A stretch of DNA of 64,000 nt from Clostridia bacterium (GTDB taxonomy: Bacteria; Bacillota; Clostridia; TANB77; RGIG9151): contig JAFSUW010000007.1 in assembly GCA_017450465.1 (NCBI GenBank), positions 6,247-70,246 of the forward strand, written 5' to 3'. The position numbers and the translations under genes were made by a program. Under the pieces are notes generated by a model. It was not told the origin of the DNA. It did not search any database and worked only from the letters and a program-made list of their open reading frames with translations. Positions 59,105 through 64,000 of the stretch are shown here, piece after piece (position 1 is the first letter of the stretch; each line of letters opens with the position of its first letter).

Positions 59105-60733
59105 ATGAATATATCATTTTTAGGTGCAGCAAAAACTGTTACAGGTTCATGTTTTATGGTTACAACCAATAAGTACAAATTTTTGGTTGACTGTGGTATG
59201 TTTCAAGGGCAAAACAAAGAGGTAATGTTAAATGTTGATGATTTCACATTTGACCCAAAGACAATTGATTTTATGATACTTACTCATGCCCACATAGACC
59301 ATTCAGGAAGGATACCAAAACTATGTAATGATGGTTTTACCGGTAAAATTTATACCACAAAAGCAACAACGGACCTTTGTAGCATAATGTTACCTGATAG
59401 TGGTCACATTCAAGAGATGGAAATAGATTGGATAAATAAAAAGCGTATAAGAGCAGGCAAACACGTAATCCCACCTTTATATACAGCAGAAGATGCAATT
59501 AGATGTCTTACACAATTTGAACCACAAAGATATAATGAGCCAGTGTTTATAAATGAAGATGTAAAAGTAGTGTTTAGGGATGCTGGTCATATGCTTGGTT
59601 CAGCAATAATCGAACTTTGGATAAAAGAAAATGGAAAAGAAACAAAAGCAGTATTTACAGGCGATATAGGAAATTATGATACTCCTATACTTCGTGATCC
59701 AGAATTTGTTTCATCAGCAGACTTTTTAGTAATGGAATCAACTTATGGTGATAGAGATCATCAAAATAGAGAAGATAGATTTGAACAATTCTTAGATATA
59801 GTAAATGATACTTTAGATAAAGGCGGAAGGGTAGTAATACCATCATTTGCAGTAGGAAGGACACAAGAAATAGTATATGGCTTAAACCAAAATAAAGAAG
59901 TATATGGCGAAAAGTATGAAAGATTATTAAAAATACCAGTATATGTAGATAGTCCGCTTGCAGTATCAGCAACCGAAATTTATAGAAGAAATGTTGATTG
60001 TTACGACGAAGAAGCAAGAAAATATATAATGGAAGGCGAAAATCCGGTAGATTTTCCAACACTTCGCTTAACACATACAGTAGAAGAATCAAAAGCAATA
60101 AACGAAGACCACGAACCTGCTATGATAATATCAGCAAGTGGTATGTGCGAAGCAGGAAGAATAAGACACCATTTAAAACATCACTTGTGGAATGAAAATG
60201 ATACAGTGCTATTTGTAGGATATCAAGCATTGGGAACGTTAGGACGTAGACTTATAGATGGTGAAAAGCAAGTAAGAATATTTGGTGAAGATATAACGGT
60301 AAATGCAAGAATAGAATATATAGAAGGTTTCTCAGGTCATGCCGACCAAACTGCTTTGTTAAACTGGATAGCACATATCGATAAAAAACCATCAAATGTG
60401 TTTATAGTTCATGGTGAAGAAGGGGCTCAAGAAGTATTTGCAAACTTAATTAAAGAACAATTTGGATTAAACGTAATAATTCCAAACCGTGGTGATGTAT
60501 TTGAAATTAGTGATCTCCGTATTAATCAAGTTGGCGAAGAAGCTCGTGAACGTAAATATAGGTTTATGTGCTTAGAAATACTTGAAAAACTTGAACTATT
60601 AAAAGACGAAGTAGACGAAATGTATTTAATGATAAAAGAAGATTTGCGACATGGGATGGATCAAGATGAATTTGAAGGATTAAAAGTAAAACTTAGAAAT
60701 ATAGAAAAATCAATAATAAGTGCACTAGAGTAA
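59105..60733 (+). CDS. Beta-CASP family MBL-fold ribonuclease (RNase J/CPSF-like) with a helical C-terminal extension
   Basis: HAHIDHSGRIP (HxHxDH), VFRDAGHMLGSA, and beta-CASP motifs (ESTYGD, HGEEG). Confidence 0.65.
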   Translation: MNISFLGAAKTVTGSCFMVTTNKYKFLVDCGMFQGQNKEVMLNVDDFTFDPKTIDFMILTHAHIDHSGRIPKLCNDGFTGKIYTTKATTDLCSIMLPDSGHIQEMEIDWINKKRIRAGKHVIPPLYTAEDAIRCLTQFEPQRYNEPVFINEDVKVVFRDAGHMLGSAIIELWIKENGKETKAVFTGDIGNYDTPILRDPEFVSSADFLVMESTYGDRDHQNREDRFEQFLDIVNDTLDKGGRVVIPSFAVGRTQEIVYGLNQNKEVYGEKYERLLKIPVYVDSPLAVSATEIYRRNVDCYDEEARKYIMEGENPVDFPTLRLTHTVEESKAINEDHEPAMIISASGMCEAGRIRHHLKHHLWNENDTVLFVGYQALGTLGRRLIDGEKQVRIFGEDITVNARIEYIEGFSGHADQTALLNWIAHIDKKPSNVFIVHGEEGAQEVFANLIKEQFGLNVIIPNRGDVFEISDLRINQVGEEARERKYRFMCLEILEKLELLKDEVDEMYLMIKEDLRHGMDQDEFEGLKVKLRNIEKSIISALE

Positions 60734-60763
60734 AAAGATGGCTTTACGCCATCTTTTTTTATG
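60734..60763 (+). terminator. Rho-independent terminator
   Basis: AAAGATGGCTTTACGCCATCTTT + TTTTTAT. Confidence 0.7.
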
Positions 60764-60832
60764 CCAAAATTAATTAAAAAAATTTGTTGAATATTGTAAA
60801 AAAATATAATATAGTATGCTTAGGTGGTATGC

Positions 60833-61489
60833 ATGAAAATCAAAGTGGTATATGAAGATAACCATATAATAGTAGTAGAAAAGCCATATGGGATACCAAC
60901 GCAAGCAGATTCATCAAATGATATTGATATGCAAACATTAGTAAAAAATTATGTAAAAGAGAAATACAATAAGCCAGGTAATGTTTTTATCGGTATTGTT
61001 CATAGGTTGGACCGAAATGTTGGTGGAATAATGGTATTTGCAAGGACATCAAAGGCAGCAGCAAGGTTATCTGAAGAAATACGAACGCATAGATTCAAAA
61101 AAACATACCTTGCAAAAGTAGAGGGAGTAATAGAAGAAAAAGCAGGAGTTTTCAAGGATTACTTATTAAAAGATGAAGAAAAAAATATGGTAAAAGTAGT
61201 ACCAGCTAATACACCAAATGCTAAAGAAGCAGAACTTGATTATGAAGTAATAAAAGTTGAGGATAAAAAAACTTTTGTAAAAATAAATTTGCATACAGGA
61301 CGTTCGCACCAGATTCGTGTTCAGTTTGCTTCGCGTGGACATGCTTTAGTAGGCGACACCAAATACGGTAAAATTGGCGCAAAGCACATATTTTTATGGG
61401 CATATAAAGTTAGTTTTAAGCATCCGGTAAAAGATGAAATTATGAATTTTACTTTAGAACCAAGTAGGGGATTTTTTTCTTTAATTTGA
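60833..61489 (+). CDS. RluA-family pseudouridine synthase (short form without an S4 domain)
   Basis: HRLDRNVGGIMVFARTSKAAARL catalytic motif; ATG 60833 5 nt after AGGTGG. Confidence 0.75.
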   Translation: MKIKVVYEDNHIIVVEKPYGIPTQADSSNDIDMQTLVKNYVKEKYNKPGNVFIGIVHRLDRNVGGIMVFARTSKAAARLSEEIRTHRFKKTYLAKVEGVIEEKAGVFKDYLLKDEEKNMVKVVPANTPNAKEAELDYEVIKVEDKKTFVKINLHTGRSHQIRVQFASRGHALVGDTKYGKIGAKHIFLWAYKVSFKHPVKDEIMNFTLEPSRGFFSLI

Positions 61490-61713
61490 CAAAATTTTTC
61501 AAAAAAATGAAGTTTTTTTAAAAAAAGTATATTGAAAGGTTGAAAAAATGCCGATAAATATATAAAAGGGGAATATTTGAACCTTGAAAATTTGACATTC
61601 CTTTTGCAAGTTTACATATTGTGATATTGGCTTTTTAATAAAAAACATATAAAGTTTTAAAAAAAAGTGTCGATATTCTAATAGTAGATATAGCAAAAAA
61701 GGGGTGAGTTATT

Positions 61714-62922
61714 CTGGCCAATTATATTTATACAGCCGTAGATAATACGGGCAAAAGAATAAAAAATTCTATAGAAGCTTCAAGCAAAGAAGCTGTTATG
61801 TCGCTTTTAAAATCAAGAGGAATATATGTTATTTCTGTTGATGAAGAAACAATATTTAATAAAGACTTAAATATTGGCGGCAATGGTGAAATAAAACCAA
61901 AACAGCTTGCACTTTTTGCAAAACAGTTTTCAATGTTACTTAAAGCCGGAATATCAATTGCAGAATCACTTGAAATATTAAGAGATCAATTAGAAGACAA
62001 AAAAATGGTTAAAGTTGTAAGTGATATAAGTGATGAAGTGCAAAAAGGTGCGCCACTATCTGTAGCAATGCGTAGTACAGAAAAGTTACCTGCATTATTT
62101 GTAAACACAGTAGAAGCAGGTGAAGGTGGCGGTTTTCTAGATGAAGTAATGGTAAGTATGACAGATTATTATGAAAAAACCACTAAACTTTCTTCAAAAG
62201 TAAAAAGTGCAATGATATATCCATCACTAGTTTTGATAGTAACGGTTGCGGTAAGCTACATTCTTGTAACCAAAGTTGTTCCAACATTCGCTGAAATGTT
62301 TGCTTCTATGGATTTGGAGTTGCCGTTTTTAACAAGAATGTTAATGGCAGTTGGTGATTTCTTTAATTCTTGGTGGCTATTATTACTAGTATTAATTATA
62401 GCTGCTGTGGTTGGAATTAGATATTACATAAAAACTCCAATGGGTAGATATAATAAAGATTTACTGTTTTTAAAAATACCTCTAATAAAAGCATTGGTAT
62501 TAAAATCAGTAATATCTAGATTTGCAAGAACATTAGGAATTCTATTAAAAACAGGCGTTCCGATGATTACAGCAATAGAATATTCATCGGCGGTATTAAA
62601 TAATGCCGTAATGGAAAAAGCAATGCAGACAGTAAAAGCAGATGTAACAAGTGGTAGTAACTTGTCAACACCAATACAAAAAGTAGAGCTTTTCCCTAAG
62701 ATGGTAGTTTCTATGATAAAGATTGGTGAGGAAACAGGTGCTGTTGATGAAATGATGGACAAATGCGCAGACTTCTACGATGAAGAAGTAGAAGTATTAT
62801 CTGGGCGTGTTACATCTCTTATCGAACCATTAATCATTTTGATATTAGCAGGAATAGTTGGTACTATAGTAATGGCAATTGTTTTACCAATGTTCGGAAT
62901 GTTTGAAGGATTAGATATGTAA
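61714..62922 (+). CDS. pilC: Type IV pilus assembly platform protein PilC (GspF family); translation start non-canonical or uncertain
   Basis: The in-frame region upstream of the first ATG (61798) encodes a PilC-type N-terminus (ANYIYTAVDNTGKRIKNSIEASSKEAVMSLLKSRG) directly after a GGGGTGAG RBS. Only ATT (61711) or CTG (61714) are available as starts, and an in-frame TGA lies at 61705. Two T2SS-F domains follow. Confidence 0.6.
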   Translation: MANYIYTAVDNTGKRIKNSIEASSKEAVMSLLKSRGIYVISVDEETIFNKDLNIGGNGEIKPKQLALFAKQFSMLLKAGISIAESLEILRDQLEDKKMVKVVSDISDEVQKGAPLSVAMRSTEKLPALFVNTVEAGEGGGFLDEVMVSMTDYYEKTTKLSSKVKSAMIYPSLVLIVTVAVSYILVTKVVPTFAEMFASMDLELPFLTRMLMAVGDFFNSWWLLLLVLIIAAVVGIRYYIKTPMGRYNKDLLFLKIPLIKALVLKSVISRFARTLGILLKTGVPMITAIEYSSAVLNNAVMEKAMQTVKADVTSGSNLSTPIQKVELFPKMVVSMIKIGEETGAVDEMMDKCADFYDEEVEVLSGRVTSLIEPLIILILAGIVGTIVMAIVLPMFGMFEGLDM

Positions 62923-62967
62923 TAGGAATTTTGAATATAAAACATTATAAAGTAAGGAGGTAAGAAT

Positions 62968-63447
62968 ATGGAGCTAAAAGGTAAAAAAGGATTTACGTTA
63001 ATTGAACTAATTATCGTAATAGCAATTCTTGGTATAATTGCATTGATTGCAGTACCAAATTTGGCAGGTATCCGTCAAAGAGCACAAGTAAGTGCAGATA
63101 AACGTACTGCTGAACAAATAGGAAAAGCTGTAAGAATATGGGCAACAGATATTGATGCAGCAGCCAGAACAATACCAACAGCAATAACAGAATATGATGC
63201 TGGTGGTACTCTTTCAGGATTGTGTCCAGCATATATCTCTAGTGGATATAAAGCAAAATCATATCCAGGAGGTGAAGGCGTATATTATGTTTCGTCTTAT
63301 GGTAGTGGAGTAAACAATGCAGACCAAAAAATATGGGTTGGAATTGGGCTAGGTGGTGACGCGCCAGCAAAACCTGCAGCAATTGGTTCCACTACTACTG
63401 TAACATATGATGGATCTGCAGCAGCTTGGGCGTATGCAGAAAAATAA
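62968..63447 (+). CDS. pilA: Type IVa major pilin (prepilin, cleavage site G|FTLIE)
   Basis: MELKGKKG|FTLIELIIVIAILGIIALIAVPNLAGIRQRAQVS; AAGGAGG RBS; C-terminal AAWAYAEK. Confidence 0.85.
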   Translation: MELKGKKGFTLIELIIVIAILGIIALIAVPNLAGIRQRAQVSADKRTAEQIGKAVRIWATDIDAAARTIPTAITEYDAGGTLSGLCPAYISSGYKAKSYPGGEGVYYVSSYGSGVNNADQKIWVGIGLGGDAPAKPAAIGSTTTVTYDGSAAAWAYAEK

Positions 63448-63483
63448 TAAAAGGAAGTAAATAGAATTTAAGGAGGAATAAAA

Positions 63484-63987
63484 ATGAGCATAAGAAGTAA
63501 AAAAGGTTTTACATTAATTGAATTGATTATCGTAATAGCAATTCTTGGTATTATAGCGTTAATCGCAGTACCAAACTTAGCAGGTATTCGTCAAAGAGCA
63601 CAAGTAAGTGCAGACAAACGTACTGCAGAACAAATAGGTAAAGCAGTAAGAATATGGGCAACAGATATTGATGCTGCAACAGCACATAACCTTCCAGCAA
63701 ATACGGCAGCAGGTGTACAATATGACTCTACAGGAACACCTAAGTTAGATGGTTTATGTCCAGCATATATAAGTGCAGGGTATACAGCAAAATCATTAGG
63801 AAGTACAGCAGGTAAATATTATGTATCAACATATGAACCAGCAACTGGTAGTGTAAATAGTGCTAATCAAAAAATTTGTGTATGGATAGGAACAGCAGCA
63901 CCAGCCGCTGTAACAGCTGGTAGAAATGCAGCACCTACAGTTGATTATGCAGGTGGAACAGCAGCATGGGCATATGCAGAGAAATAG
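63484..63987 (+). CDS. pilA: Second type IVa pilin paralogue
   Basis: MSIRSKKG|FTLIELIIVIAILGIIALIAVPNLAGIRQRAQVS. The protein is identical to the upstream pilin over about 58 N-terminal residues, has a divergent central region and the same C-terminal AAWAYAEK. Confidence 0.85.
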   Translation: MSIRSKKGFTLIELIIVIAILGIIALIAVPNLAGIRQRAQVSADKRTAEQIGKAVRIWATDIDAATAHNLPANTAAGVQYDSTGTPKLDGLCPAYISAGYTAKSLGSTAGKYYVSTYEPATGSVNSANQKICVWIGTAAPAAVTAGRNAAPTVDYAGGTAAWAYAEK

Positions 63988-64000
63988 GAAGTAATAATAT

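Noticed and set aside
1-64000. CRISPR arrays, integrases, transposases, phage genes.
   Set aside because: No direct-repeat/spacer arrays and no recombinase, transposase or phage structural ORFs were recognised in any frame. The only repeats are the hairpin-element family and the intragenic 81-nt tandem repeat.

Overview
This is a low-GC (about 32%) chromosomal segment from a spore-forming, SLH-protein-bearing Firmicute of class Clostridia; it carries spo0A. Gene order, 5' to 3':
- 1-1494: SLH protein (partial) and an RluD-like pseudouridine synthase, divergent from rpoB.
- 2070-9415: rpoB-rpoC, outside the usual rplL/rpsL ribosomal neighbourhood.
- 9489-13393: an acidic coiled-coil protein with 81-nt tandem repeats, then ruvB (no ruvA) and an SPFH protein.
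- 13607-16648 (-): a four-subunit 2-oxoacid:ferredoxin oxidoreductase operon, porGDAB.
- 16878-28948: a Tad/Flp-like pilus locus (ParA/CpaE-like ATPase, CpaF ATPase, TadB/TadC-like proteins, a 65-aa pilin candidate, CpaB). It is split by an opposite-strand TspO gene and tRNA-Cys, and is followed by an SLH protein, a 1180-aa secreted FN3-containing protein and two atypical pseudopilin-like proteins.
- 29284-36231: U32 peptidase, two HD-domain genes, small accessory genes, a stand-alone trpB, and tRNA-Leu.
- 36367-44826: nagA, an M50 protease, a LysM-M14 peptidase, spo0A, a two-component system and an orphan mazF/ndoA toxin.
- 45768-54788: a repeat-flanked rsgA paralogue and a junkyard of small enzyme genes (GNATs, CutA, NUDIX, AlkD, a kinase-PNPOx fusion).
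- 55068-61489: rbgA-rnhB-yraN, pdp, nrdR, an RNase J-like nuclease and a short RluA protein.
- 61714-63987: a type IV pilus pilC-pilA-pilA cluster.

The most notable non-coding signals are a classic ribosome-mediated Trp attenuator in front of the stand-alone trpB, and a modular superfamily of GC-rich hairpin repeats with compensatory base changes (at least 8 intergenic copies, one in the rpoB leader). No CRISPR array, integrase or prophage was seen.
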